Shown here: piece by piece, positions 11,701 through 25,500 of the stretch
How positions within the stretch are numbered: position 1 is the first letter of the stretch
Layout: the number at the start of each line of letters is the position of its first letter
Assembly: GCA_051362555.1 (NCBI GenBank)
Contig: CM120649.1
Span: forward strand, 1,240,001-1,304,000
Reading direction: 5' to 3'
Source of the DNA: Lingula anatina
Lineage: Eukaryota; Animalia; Brachiopoda
Length of the DNA: 64,000 bases
Notes under the pieces: generated by a model
Told to the model about the DNA's origin: nothing
Databases searched by the model: none
What the model saw: the letters and a program-made list of their open reading frames with translations, nothing else
Position numbers and translations under genes: made by a program

Positions 11701-14375
11701 AATCACAACGATATTCAACATGACACACGGACACGTTGTAGACTTTCTCAAGCAGCGGGAAGATGAATAGGACGAAACAGCCTTTCTTGCTCGTTTAATT
11801 CTAATCGTTTTAACCCACTTCTGCGATCTGCAACTTAAGGGATTAGATGTATTAGTTAATTTGTATAGATTTTAACACGCTTTTAAAAGAATGGTTAAAA
11901 GTATTATTAATGTATACTGTATGCACGGCTAAAAAAATATTCCAAAGTCCTATTTGCATGTCCACCTACCCTGCAAAAAGATAGGTATTCTATATATCAG
12001 AACATCTTTTGCCCTTATGCTACACTTCCTTTGCCAAAATGTGGAAGGATTATATGCATGACATGGGTGTATGGGTATTATTCCATTCTTGTGCCATCCC
12101 TTCTTAACATACCTAGTATACGTGGAGGGTTATTGTATATTTGCATGTACATGTTCCAGCGCATCTTGTATGGGCATTTGTACAATTGTATTTTTCAGGT
12201 TACAGGTGGAGGGATAAAACCAACCACACACAAAACTCTTCCGGTCATATTTTTAACATTTTTCGGTCTAGGCGTGACTACGGGATCCGATTCACTGCTA
12301 GCAGCATAACCAGTATACCGTATAATTCCACATCCACACGGCTTACATCCTTTTATTCCAGCACCCAAAAGGTGACAGCACATCATATTTGGTAGAGCTA
12401 CACGTGTGTTACAGGTTGAAAATTATTGAATATTTTATCATTTTCTGACTTCAAAATTAGTCAAATGTGATTAACAGAGGACACCTCGTTTGTTTAAAAA
12501 TGGGCAAAGTTACTTTTGTCCATGGTTTACCACATTGCCATTTGGTGGGAGAGGGAGCACAGGTAAAACAGGGATTAACTTCGGTATATGTTATAGGAGG
12601 AGTCGGTTTGATTTGGCGCTGAAGAAAGAAAACGATTACATGTCCAGTATTACAAATGTGTGGGATACAGTTTTCATTACCATTTGGTTAGCGTTAACCG
12701 TTCATGTAGGAACGCCGCCATTGGGAACGCAAGCACACAGCTGCTGTCGAACCAATGTATTGCCATGAACAGCCCGTGGCGCAGATAATGCTACTGAATC
12801 ACCATGAATAATGAAATGATCAAAAGGAATTTAAAAAATACCAGTGCAAGGAGCCGAATCAAAAATCATGGACCTATATGATCTGAAATGACCCAGATTT
12901 TAGGGTAACAGCACCAAAAATTAAAAAAGATTACAGCGCAATATGAACATGGCACGAACGATAATTTACAATATGACACAGCACTGATTTAAAAAGGAAG
13001 AAATAGAATCTGAGCCTTTATCTGACAATGAAACTGTTTGACGTTGTAAAAAAGTGTCACTTAACTTTTTGTGATACTTCAAGGCGAATTGATACCGCAT
13101 TGCAATGACAATATTCATCTAATGGTGCCATTGACAATAAATTAACAATGTGTAACGTCATACAAGAAAAACTGTGGGAATGCGTACTTTTATGATGTTT
13201 ATGGGATACTTGACAAAGTAAACGGAAAATACGAATCACAACGTTTGTTTGTATTTCAATTACTACAAAGTTAATTTAAAAGGAGTTAAAAAACGGAAAG
13301 AATTGTTGAATTTTAGTTCTTTGCTTGGGACACAGGGCAATAAATGATTGGAAAGTTGATAGTGTTTTTATATATTTTTTATTAATACTTTTTTTGTAGC
13401 ACTGTTAATCTGCCACGTCGCCCGCGTGTTTATCTTAGAATACATCTATTTCGACGAAGATGACTTATTGGGCCGCTTAGGGTTTTTTAAGGGTAGTTAA
13501 TGCTCATAATGCTAATATTCATTATAGATATTTGTGTATTTGCGAAACATGCACTGTTTATCAGCTGGCATGTCTGTATCGAAGCTCGGTTTTTAGTCAC
13601 CGATCAGAGAGAACTAGATTTAAAAATTTAAACATAATCATAATTATCATCACCGCAATTAGAATTTAATCAATGTCGTCAAAAAATTTGAAGGTTGACA
13701 GAATGCTACTGCATTCACGTAAACAACTGAAGGCCCAAAGCGCTTATGTTGTGCCTTAAAATGCGTTCTTCGCGCTAAGACTTAAACCAGGTAATGAATG
13801 GGGCATAGCACCGAAAATGAAGCTAATCGGCATTCTTTCCGTGCGCTACTCGGTCAACGGCACGGGGATTAGACCATATAATGTGCTATAATTGTCAGTG
13901 TGTAACCAAAACCAGAAAACAACTTACGCATGGTGGATCAATAGCGAAGAGCAAATACTCCGGTATTGATCTTACACATTCTTGAGTTTATTTTTGTTTG
14001 TTGATTATATTGTGAGAATGTTTTTCTTCCTGCGGTGTAAACATTTTGGAAACGGTGTTATAATTTGTAATTGATCTCGGCGAACAGGTTGTTATGTATT
14101 GAAGTAACTGAGATTTCAAGCCAAGTGGGCATGAAAAGTTTCTTTTTCAATGGGTTAAGGATGCACACGCATGCACATTCATAAACACGTGCACCTGTGT
14201 AGCGTCCAGTACCAAAACTGGTACACGTGTATAGAACGCGAATATGTATGAAGTGCCATAAATGGATGAGGAAAAAGGGAGGATATGGAAAATAATCGAA
14301 AACTAATAAAAATAATCCAAAACATAATAATAATAATAACAATGATAAATAAAATGAAATAAAATGCAATTGAGT

Positions 14376-14791
14376 CAAATGTAACTTTTTACCAATCTGA
14401 TTCCGGTGCCGTAAAGCGGGACGCTGTTTATTCACCCCAGTTGCTCTAAACTTTCAACGATTAAGTCATAAACTGGAAGAGCGGTGATGTTACATAATAA
14501 TAAAATATTAATAGTATAAGAAAAAGATACTTATCGTCTAGAAACCATTGCTGCTTTGTGCCATCTAAAAACATACATTAATTTGTGGAGCGATAAAAAA
14601 TGATCACTTCCCAGATAAAAATTAATATATGAATGAAAATAAAAAACTTAAACACATGGAATAGAAATAGAAACACAAATGCCTGAATCAGAAACAAATG
14701 CTTTGCTGTGTCCTCACTACTTCAAATATAGCGTCTTGAATGCCTTTCGTTTTACGGCACCGGAATCATATTTGTAAAAAGGTTACATTTG
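14376..14791. mobile_element. MITE with ~45-bp terminal inverted repeats
   Basis: Left end CAAATGTAACTTTTTACCAATCTGATTCCGGTGCCGTAAA matches the reverse complement of 14748-14791 (CAAATGTAACCTTTTTACAAATATGATTCCGGTGCCGTAAA). Confidence 0.7.
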
Positions 14792-16450
14792 TACAAGAAT
14801 ATTTCGACTCAATATCTCGACGACAGAATAGGCACAATATCCGAGAAACATCCAAGCGTTTGTTTTACGTTTTAACAGGAAATAAAAATTCGCTGTCGAA
14901 AATTGATTTCGCCAAATCTTAGGTGACTACAGTCTGTGCGCCTTGGTATTAATATTATTATTATTATTTCTCCGTTCATCCAGTTTATGAACATATATTT
15001 ATATAATCACAGCTGACGGGGCTCCTTATGTTACCTGATATATCGATATGCTTGGCCGAGGCCTGAATAGGGTAAGGTAGTATATTCATTCTAGTGGTCA
15101 ATACAGATTTTTTTTTCAATTTTACATTCCTGTCAACATAACCAAGTCGCCTATACTAGTACGATCAAAACTTTTCCACGTTTGAAATTTTACTTAAAAT
15201 GAATACAAGAGACCTGGTCAAAATTCCTTTTTTAAAATGTATCATTTTTTAGTTCGCTGTGACCATGTTCCTAAAACATGCTTGTTTTTAAACGAGACAG
15301 GAGAGAAATCGATTTTCTGATCTATCGCTATTTCATGTGCATCTAGACTTATGCCTTATCTTAGAGACACGCTTTGCTTTTTTAAAAATAATAAAACTTT
15401 TCTCTTTATGATTGAAATGCTTTTGCTCTAAAATACAAATTTATATAGAATGAAAAAAGATCCGATAAAAATGAGAATTCAACTTATCACTTTGCAAAAA
15501 CCAAGTTAAGAAAGCATACATGTTAAGAGTAAGTTTGAGTTTACCTTTTACATTGAAAATATTTCGGCGGCAAAACGAATATTCATAAAAATAGTTTTAT
15601 CTAGTGCGTGTGTGTGTGTTTGTTGTGGGGGGGGGGGGGGGGGGGGGGCACAGACCGGTCCTTTTGAAAACAATAACCTGCAATTGCAGTAAGACGACTA
15701 GTTTTAAGTGCAAGGCGTTGCCTTACGTCACCCAGCTTTTCAATTTCACACAAAACTTAAAGACTGTGATTGATATCTCCAGTGTATTTATCGAATTGAG
15801 CGGCGAAATGACAACACTTAAATAGCGAGCAAATGGGAAACGCCACAATGAGAAATCACGATACTCTAACGCACACACAGAAAACGCCGATGTCCTGTTT
15901 GCGGATTTCAACCTTTTGAACCCCGCTTCTCCCTCCCCTTTTGTTTCCCTTTGAGAGCCCTTTGTATACTTACTAGCCTGTATACTACGGGGCTAGTATA
16001 GAGAATAACTTAATACATTGCTATGGTACATTTCATACACAATGGCATAAACACACGCATTACTGTTATATTGTATCCACTGCGGAGCAAAAGAACGATG
16101 TTTGCATAGTTTAGAACGCGGTCGGGAGATTGAACAGCACGGACGTCTGTTGTACATTCTGGAGAACGGCCTTGTTTACCTGTGAACGAAACAGAGCTGA
16201 GGAAACAGACAGGTGACCGTTACTTGGATCCTCAAACAGGTAAATACTACACCCGTTAAGCTACTTACTTTAGCTTAATACAATAACATGTTCAGGTTTT
16301 AGAGTCCCTATAAAAGATAATATGTGAACTTTTATTGCGTTTTGACATACAGGCGGATTGATTTTAAAGGTATAAACAGTGTGTCGAATAGCTCGTATCA
16401 CTTTCTAATCTAAAGTTTTTTCACTCACGAAATACTTCATAACTGCCGTT

Positions 16451-16560
16451 ATGCAAATCGCTCTGAAAAAATACTAATGAACAAAGCAGAGGAGATAGAA
16501 CCAACGTTGTACTTTTATGAGAGAAGCACCGTGATTGGTCAGAAGATGAGGCTTATATAA
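16451..16560 (+). promoter_or_regulatory. Putative core promoter of the CAP gene (octamer, inverted CCAAT, TATA)
   Basis: ATGCAAAT 16451-16458, ATTGG 16534-16538, TATATAA 16554-16560. Followed by candidate donors (AG|GTAAAT about 16714, AG|GTAACC about 16841) and a strong acceptor at 18030. Motif match only. Confidence 0.3.
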
Positions 16561-18731
16561 TCTATGCTTAGAGACACTCTGTAGTAATATCGACTTTCAG
16601 ACATTCCCTACAGATGTGACCGGACATATAGTGTATTCAGGATTCCCTACAGACAGATAAAGAGACACAGAGATTTCCGCCAGAAAGACTCAGACTTAAC
16701 CATTGGGAATTTAGGTAAATGCCTAGACGATACAATTAAGTCTAGCTAAATGTATCAGGACTTGTAAACTACGGTCGTCCTGACATTTACTGGCTACTAG
16801 AATAAGAGACTGTTGCCGAATTTGAAGCACTGTTAGGAAAGGTAACCTATGTCTCTGATCATTTATGCTAATATTCTATAGTGTACAGGTACGTGCATAT
16901 ATGTAATATTACTGGTACTTGTTGAACAAGGTGCATGCCTAAGGCTTTGTCCTAACGAATTGCCATTCAGACGTTTTTGAATTAGTAATTATTACTTTCC
17001 AGACTGTATAAAACAATGGTCGTTAGAATTGAAAGGCCCTCCATTTAAGTTTGTATTAGAGATTTCATAAATGATTTTATAAATTTGATCAAGTATGCTA
17101 GGTAGAGACCCTGTTTTTGTTTTTAATTATACAGGTTAAAGGCTTACATGTACTCATGTAGAAACTAGCACTAACAGAACTATCAAGTGTCATAATAAAT
17201 GCGACGGGGTTTGTCACTTCGTCAGTAGAACATTCATAAATGTCTCAATTTAGATACGTGTAAAATTCTGACACATATGAAATGACACACAGTACGCAAT
17301 CCGTAGCTATAAAATTAGACATCTACTGAATTGTTAAGTGATGGACTAATTAAGAGCAAAGGATGAACCTGTAACCCGTTGCTATCATCAAGGATCGTTG
17401 ATCAGACAGAGAACATTTTGGTATGATGCGTTTCGATCACTGCAGACAATGCAGTTCTAGCATTCTTGGCTTATGGATTTGACAATTGTGTTACAATGGA
17501 GTAACGTCATGTTTGGAACAATACAACGCATTGTTACCTTTAAGATTGTCGCTGTTTCACCAGGAAGTTTGTTCTTGATACGTACAATGAACATTGTATG
17601 AGTACTGTGACATTTTAATAAGAGAACATTGCGATATAAAGATTGGGCATTTAGAACATTACTTAACATCATAAAGAACAGAACAATATGAATTATCGTT
17701 ATTATAGAAATGCATGTTTAATGGAACATAGTTCATGTTATGAACACTAGAAATTGTATAGAAACTTTGAGGCAGAGACAATGGCACTGGTACTGTTACC
17801 ATTATAAACAATAGTCAGTGGTTATTGCCAATGCAGTGCCAAAATATTTGCTGTTAGAGCAAGGAGGACAAATAAACCGGACTAACACACAATTTTCTGA
17901 TTTACAAAACGCAAATTTTGCCTTATCCGGTTCATGGTCGTGAGAGCAAGTTCCCATAGTGTGGAACATGTATTGCCACAAACTCTCTGATTTTTTGACA
18001 TACAACAGTTTATATTTTAATCTCTTTCAGAACCGCCGTCTGGAATTGACATATCACGGGTTTGATACGAAGGACAAAACTGGGATTTTAGGCAACAGAC
18101 AAGACATACACACACGGCACTTGAGGATTTCTTTTTCCGTGCAAACCAAACTGTAAACCCATCAAACATAAACCCATTCTGACTGGGGCCAATGAAGATG
18201 ATATATACATCATAACTACTTGATATAACAGAACGGTCTTCTGGCCCATTCATCTGTATATGTGCCAAGTTTTACTGATTACTTAAAAAACCCAAAACGA
18301 ATTGGGCTGTACTTTTCTTACTTGGGCGAGAGTAACAACGGGAGATACTGGAGAACAGCGACAAGCAGGTCAACAATCTTGATCTGTCGATCAACAAGGA
18401 AGTCTAGATACTTCTCTTATCTTCAGCCACGTTAAACGACTGTTATTGGAACTCCACATCGTTTTATTAGCGTTCAGCAAACTCTGTAACGCTAGTGGAG
18501 GTGTCAATTTTAGTCAACTCCTCATAACACAAAAGAAAAAAAACAGCAATCAAGCAAAATACTAGTATGCCAAATCTGCTTTAAGACGAGCTACCCTATA
18601 GGTGGATTATTGCTCAGCGTAAGGTGCTTTAACAAAAGTGACGCCACTACTAGTAACGTGATGTGCGTTGTCTTCAGCGCCTGGTGCGTGACAGCTGTTC
18701 ACTGGACGTGACATGGGTGACAGTGGACGCC

Positions 18732-21700
18732 ATGACAAGGTGGAAGTACGACATCTTCTGTGTCATCTTCGCGGGGATCACCGCCTCTGTGACAACTGGT
18801 AAGTAGTAGTAGTAGTAATAATAGCAGTAGCACTCTTATTAGTAGTCGTACATGTAGTAGTAGTCGTAGTAAGAGGCAGTAGTAGTAGTAGTAGTAGTAG
18901 TAGTAGAAGAAGAAGGAGAAGGCAGGGTGGACCCCCCTCCACACAAGCACACACACGCACACACACACACACACACTTAAAAATTAAAATAAAATGGGAA
19001 GAAGTACCTCTGTTTTTAAACACGTGTAATTGACTTCGATCAATTATCGTAAATAGCAGCATGGTCTAGAATAATTTGATAACCGTTTTGATCACATTGA
19101 TACAAACGACTTTCAGTATTGAATCGTGATTGAATTTGGATTAAATTGCAGAGGGTTTGTGTGATCATGCTCATGCTTTGCTGGGCATGGATATACAAAA
19201 TACTAAGCGGGTTAAACAGGATGGCCAAAAGATAAATGTACTTAATTGAGAAACCACTTCATGGTCAACGAAAGTTGTTGGTATATACATGTACATCATG
19301 ATTTTATAATCATACGGTATTTGTCTGTTTAAATTTCCGTGGAGTGACCTCAAAATGAATGAACAAATGACGCACATGAAATATGACCTTACGTTTACAA
19401 TCAGGAGGTTGATGTTGGAGTAATATCCAAAACCTTCCCCGTGACCCGAAGAAATGACAAAGTGATAAGGACACGGGGGTCTGGGAGGCCATTTTCCAAA
19501 ATATTTAATCAAGGCTTTCAGAAACATTCCACTCAGCATCTGAAACAAAGGGTCGCATTATTGTAGAAAATCAATCTTGTCAAACTACCCTTTGGCAAGA
19601 TCCGATAGATCAACAAAACATCAGTGGTTGCTTATGGGGTAGAGTTCGATTGTTTTCAATCCTTTCAATAAGTAAGGGATAATAATTCAATATGCTGTTT
19701 GATAATTAGTGCACTTGATAATGAAATTCTCTCCAATTGCTCTGTTTGTCATGCTCGTTGCCTTTATTTGAGTTAATCGGTCCGTGTAGATACTCGTAAA
19801 ATGAACAAAGTAAAACATTACAATCTTCTCTTCAATATTCTACACCCCCCGGCATCGCCTTACCCCAAAAATGCACAATTTTAAGACAACCTTTTTCACC
19901 AGACTTAATCCTGCTTTCTGTAACTTTTTATTTTGCGACAAGTTCAGCATTTGAGTCGTGTAGTGGTACTATCATTGACAGGGGTTGTTTTAGGCCCTTG
20001 AGTCATAACTGCATTCACAAAAAAGGAAAATGCTCTTTCAAAGAATGGTAAAAATGAACAATCGCAACAGCGCATTGTATCGACAACAAGGCCGCTGGGA
20101 GAAAGGGGGGGGGGCAAATAAATTCAATCGACTCTAAAATATAGATCTAATTCCACCCAGCGATAAGAAAGTTCATTTAGAGAGAAAAAGGTGGTGTCAG
20201 TTTAAGAAGAATAGTGGAATTTCCCATTAAGGTTCCAATGAGAGAATTACCCCAGAACGTTAATTTAACGGCTTCGCTTACACTTGTCCCGATTTTGAAT
20301 AGGGTTCATCGCCCTGATCGGCTTTGTCGAGTGACCAGTCGACCGTCCATGGGTATTCTGCCCTGGGTAATGAGGCGTCCGATCGCCTTGGTGAACCCGG
20401 GGATTTCGCCACGGTTCGAACGATTTATCGAAAACGATGCAGTAACTGTAACAGTGTGTTTTGTCTGTAGACTATTTCTGGCCTATGGTATCGGTTCAGA
20501 TAAGCGTGTCGTGTGTGTATTTTTATGATCGAGTATAGATTTGGCTTAACGAAGTGGACTGGACCCCTTAAGCCCTCTTCTTTCACTGCGCAGGACAGGT
20601 GTGATTTAAAACATGGGGGACCCTCCTTAAGGACACAGGACTAATTTTTTCACTAGGTATTCACAGATATTAATCTGACTATTCAAAAGTTGTGCACGTT
20701 TTTATTTGTGGGGTTGGGGTTATGGGGTTAGCTCCTTCTTCTGACACCCCCACCCCCCGAAACCTACACCTATGTCTATATAACAGGCAGAAAATGAAAA
20801 ATGAATTAACTCAGAAGTAATATACTCTCTATCGGGGGCGTCTCGATAGTCCGAAGGTTCATTGGTCCGAAGGTTCATTGGTCCGAAAAACGGTAACATT
20901 TTCATCGGTTTTTTAATCAAGGGTTCATTGGTCCGAAGGTTCTGTAGTGAACATTCGGACCAATGAACCTTCGGACTATTGAACCTTCGGACTATTGCTA
21001 CGGCCCCCTCTCTATCTACTAGATGATACCAATATTCTCAGAACCAGCGGCTTGTTACTTCTAGTAGAATCCGCCTATATACAGTATAAACAGAGCAATA
21101 TAACAGAATTTATTACTACACGACGTAATGAACGGCAATGAACGGCCTCTAAATATGTACGATACGCCAAACACACTGGATTACCACACTTACGGCTAAT
21201 TGAATGTTAAGTCTATTATAACGGTAAGGTAAATATTGACCATGTACAGGTATAGCTATGAAGTCGAAGATAAGGCGCGCGATAAGCAAGTTAACGGGAG
21301 TATGCGTTTGTATCGACGCGTGTAGCGAACGAGATTATCTGTGAAATCTATATAGAAACTCAGTTTTACTTGATGTGATATCAACGATTCAAATCTATAG
21401 CTTGCCTGTCTTAAGCATACTGGTGGTTGTATTATTTTCATGGCTAAAAGTTTCGAAAATTATAATAAAACAATAAATAAAAAGGGAAAACAGTATTTGC
21501 CTTGCCCTTAACGTTTGCCTGTAAACTTGGTTCCAAGTTTTATTGAGTTAAAACCGATGTTTAACATTATTTTTCAATTCAATTCAGCAGAGGCCGCGGT
21601 GTGTCAGACCTATTTCAAAGTTTGTCAGGTTGCTGAGGAAGGCTACCGTGAGAACGTCGCAGAGTGGACATTGCCCAGGACTGTTGTCATTTCCCGCGGG

Positions 21701-22508
21701 CTAGTTGACGTAATGTCGTAACATATTTGTCATTTTCATTGACAACCTTGTGCGATAACAAAACAAACCACTGACTCAACATAAACTTAATCATCCATAG
21801 CGCTTATATTCTGTACCAGTACATCTGCCCTAAACAATAGCGCTACCCAAGCTTTATTAACTGCCGTCGCCGTCAAAGGCCGTGAAAAAAATATCGTATG
21901 TTGAAGGGTTACTTTATTTGTGTTCGTAACCAGTTAAATCAAATAACCATGAAGTTAACGTAAGCAAGCACAGCTTTGAAGCGCGTTTTCGTGTCGATGT
22001 TGAGCAAACATACCGCGCCGAAGGTCAAGAAGTTATGTATTATTTCAATGGAACCTCTGGAAAAAAATCGGAGGGCGGAATGTTTTTAGTGTAAACATAA
22101 GGTGCGAATAGCTTGTCAATAGAGCAATAAGCAGCGGAGCTTAATATTTGTAGAGATACAGTGTACTAGCATGACAAACAGAGGATAGCTTAAAGGTATT
22201 GGGATATTAATGGTAAATTGTTACATTTAGAACTGGTTATTTCTTTTTCATTAAAGGATACGTGAATATCACTAACTTCGCCCATGGAAACCTTATGAGT
22301 AAATAGCTCGTGTGGTGGCTGACGAATTCGATAATTTAAAAATACAACAAATAACAATTGACAAGCATCTGTTAATTAATTGACAAGTGGATTTTTTTCT
22401 ATATATAACATGGTTAAGCAAGGGGATTTGCTGTATTGCAAACTTTGCGGAATATTTGTTAAAAACCTATGAAACTCACGGTAGAACATTTGCAAATTTG
22501 CAAAAAGT

Positions 22509-22556
<48 letters not shown>

Positions 22557-25500
22557 GAAGAAGAACTTTAAAGCTACGATTTATAAACCTGTCTGTCTTC
22601 GCAGCAAATACAGCTGTAATAAGTTGGCATTTTAATACACGTGAGCTCGTTTTCCTCGCATACAGCACACATTTATAATTAACATCTCACTGTTGACAAA
22701 AACTAAGGTCATGTCGCATAGATTCTTTGTTCACTTTAATAATGTTTAATTTGCTCATTGTGCGTATGAATCGGAGTGTCATCTTAGATTGTCACTAAGT
22801 TATTCAGCTTGTAGGCACGTGAGGTGGGGATTTAGAAAATGCCTATAAACACACCCATGGTTAGCCTTCTTTATATAGCGGTGTGACAGGAATGCAACTC
22901 CTAGGAATGGAAGTCCGGGCAGTACAGGTTAGGGTTAGTATATGCAAGGACGTCCGTGGTATATGGGACCAATATCACCTGTACAAAGTAATCGGGAACG
23001 GACTACGCTGCGTACTGTAGCGGACTACCATTCCTGTCACACCAGTAACAGACTTGCTTCTGTAATAGACATTTTAATAATGTACTAACTTAGCTATCAT
23101 ATATATATATATGGCTGTTGTTAGACTGTACTGAAATTCCCTAATCCGAGAGATTTTTTAAATAAAGTTCACGAAAATATAGTGGGCTTTTATTTTTAGA
23201 TAAGACGGTATTGTATTCTTTACATTTAAAGTATATGAGCAAGAGTACAATACAGTTTCACGTCAATGTTTCCAAGGGTGTTGTCCCTAGTACGTCATTC
23301 AAGGATAAAATGTTTAATTCAAGTAGAAATTAAGAAGGTTTTAATCTTGATATTACCGCTTTACGTACACGAGCCTTTAAGTGTACTCCTCAAACAGACT
23401 GGCTATAAAAATATCAAATGAAGGCAACTTGTTGGGGTATTTATTTCACATTTGTTTGCACGTCAAATCTAAAAGGTTCCGAAATCGATCGAGTACACGG
23501 TTCATGTTAATCTACTTCTTACTGTTATAGTCAAGTAAAGGAAATTGACCAGAATCGAGTTACGATTAGTGCTTTTTAATCTCACACAGGAGTAGCTGTC
23601 ATAATATAACAGCTGTTGAAATATTTCCTATAGTGTTTTAAAGTAATTTCAGGAAAGTTTTGCTTCTCGGAAGTGATTTGTTTTTCTCAAATCTCTTTTT
23701 TTTAAAGTCAGATAAGCCACAGTGACGTACAAATTAAGCTCCATCACAGGTGCTAAACGCTGGTTGCGGTTCGTGTAATTTATGAGACATGTAAACATAC
23801 ACGTAGCAGTTAAAGGTCGGCTCCCACATGCCGACAGCATTTTCGTAACGATTAAACCAATGTTTGACATTCTTATACATTAACGCGACTTATAATTGTT
23901 CTTCATTCATGGAAGCATCCAAGCACCAAATATTAAACACTCATACTCTTTACATTTTTCATAATACAAATATATCCGAAGCAAACATGTTCTAAACTAT
24001 GTTAATCTTTCGCCTCCGTTTGCATTTTCTTGGTCCAGTTGACTTGCTGCAAGCGACCTGTGAGCTACAGTAGTTAAATTTTAAATTATTCCCACCTTTC
24101 CGAGTTGCAAATTCAACTCATATATATTATACTATTTCTGCAACTTTAGACACGATTTTTACTCTGGGAATTGATCACTTTATCGGCAGATTTCATAAAT
24201 TTTCATTTTTAATTGTATGAATATGACAATAAAAATTTTATTTTATACTGCGCCTAACCAACTGTACCTGTATAATTTAGGAGCATCATACACAACGGAA
24301 AGACAATATGTAAGAAGTTCAGTATTTACTGCCACGGAATCGAAGGAGATATTAAATCTACACAATCAATTCAGAGGAGCTGTCTCACCTAACGCAGCCC
24401 ATATGCAGTATATGGTGAGGATTATTTTACAAATTAATCTCTACATATGGCGTGCGCACGTATGTGTGTGTGTGTGTGTGTGTGTGTGCGTGCGAGCATG
24501 CGAGCGTGTATGTATTGTAGAGAAAGAGAAAGGGAGAGATAGAGAGAGAGCGAGGGGAAGAAAGAAAGAGAGGAGGTGGGGTGTGAAAGAAAGAGAGAGA
24601 GAAAAAGAGAGAGAAGAAAGACCATTGTGAAAAATAAATGCAATATATCAAATTTTTCTAATTGTTTCCAGACATGGAGTCAGCAGCTAGCTGATGCCGC
24701 CCAGATTTGGGCCGATGGCTGCTCGGGGACAAGAGGGCTCCCGAATAGTCTCACGAGTGTGACGGGACCCCGTCCTGGTCAAACGATATGGACAGGACAC
24801 GGCCCTCACTCTGTCGCAGGCACGATCTCAGACTGGTTCATAGAGGGCCAGTATTTCACCTACTCTAATCATTCTTGTAGCGGTCACTGTGATAACTATG
24901 TACAGGTAAGCTGTCGGTGGGTGTTGTATAGAAGTAATGGTTTCAGTAGGCCCTCTTTATGAATAAACCTTAGAAAGAAAAACTTTGCTTTCCTTACTGA
25001 AAAACTTTTCTTTTAATGCGCTCAATGTCTAAAATAATTAAGGTCACGTTTTACTTCTCCTACACGCAAAGTATAATTCTGGTAAACATAACAAAATCGG
25101 ATTTTTTAATTTAAAAGTTAATAGCTTTCTTTATAACTAAAAAGTGGTCGAAATCTGAAAAATTTCAAGATTTCAAAATATTATGAAAGAAAATCTCCAC
25201 AACTAATACATGCAAAGAAAAACACTCTTGACACTAAAAGGCTTTTATTTTCATTAACTTCCAGTTGGTTTGGGACGAAGCGAGCTCAGTGGGCTGTGGC
25301 TGGCAGAACTGTTCTGGTCAAGGTCAAGGTCAATTTTTCGTCTGCTACTACTCTTCTGGGTACGTTCAATTTGACGTCACTGCCAATTTATCCATTTCAG
25401 ATTTTGCGCCTTAGACTTAAAACTTTCACTTTGTCTTTAATAGAAAAATCTTCAACGCTGTTTAATTCTTATTGACGACGATTTCTTTGATTCACACTTA

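Noticed and set aside
20845-20996. Short direct repeats GGTCCGAAGGTTCATT resembling a CRISPR array
   Set aside because: The units are head-to-tail without unique spacers, invert at the other end and are bounded by a TSD. This is a MITE in eukaryotic DNA with no cas genes.
22387-22678. Poly-Lys and poly-Phe ORFs
   Set aside because: They come from a ~40-nt A homopolymer; similar artefacts occur at 37552, 60183 and 63045.
22927-22938. Telomere-like GGTTAGGGTTAG
   Set aside because: Only about two units, and internal to MITE family A; not an interstitial telomere array.
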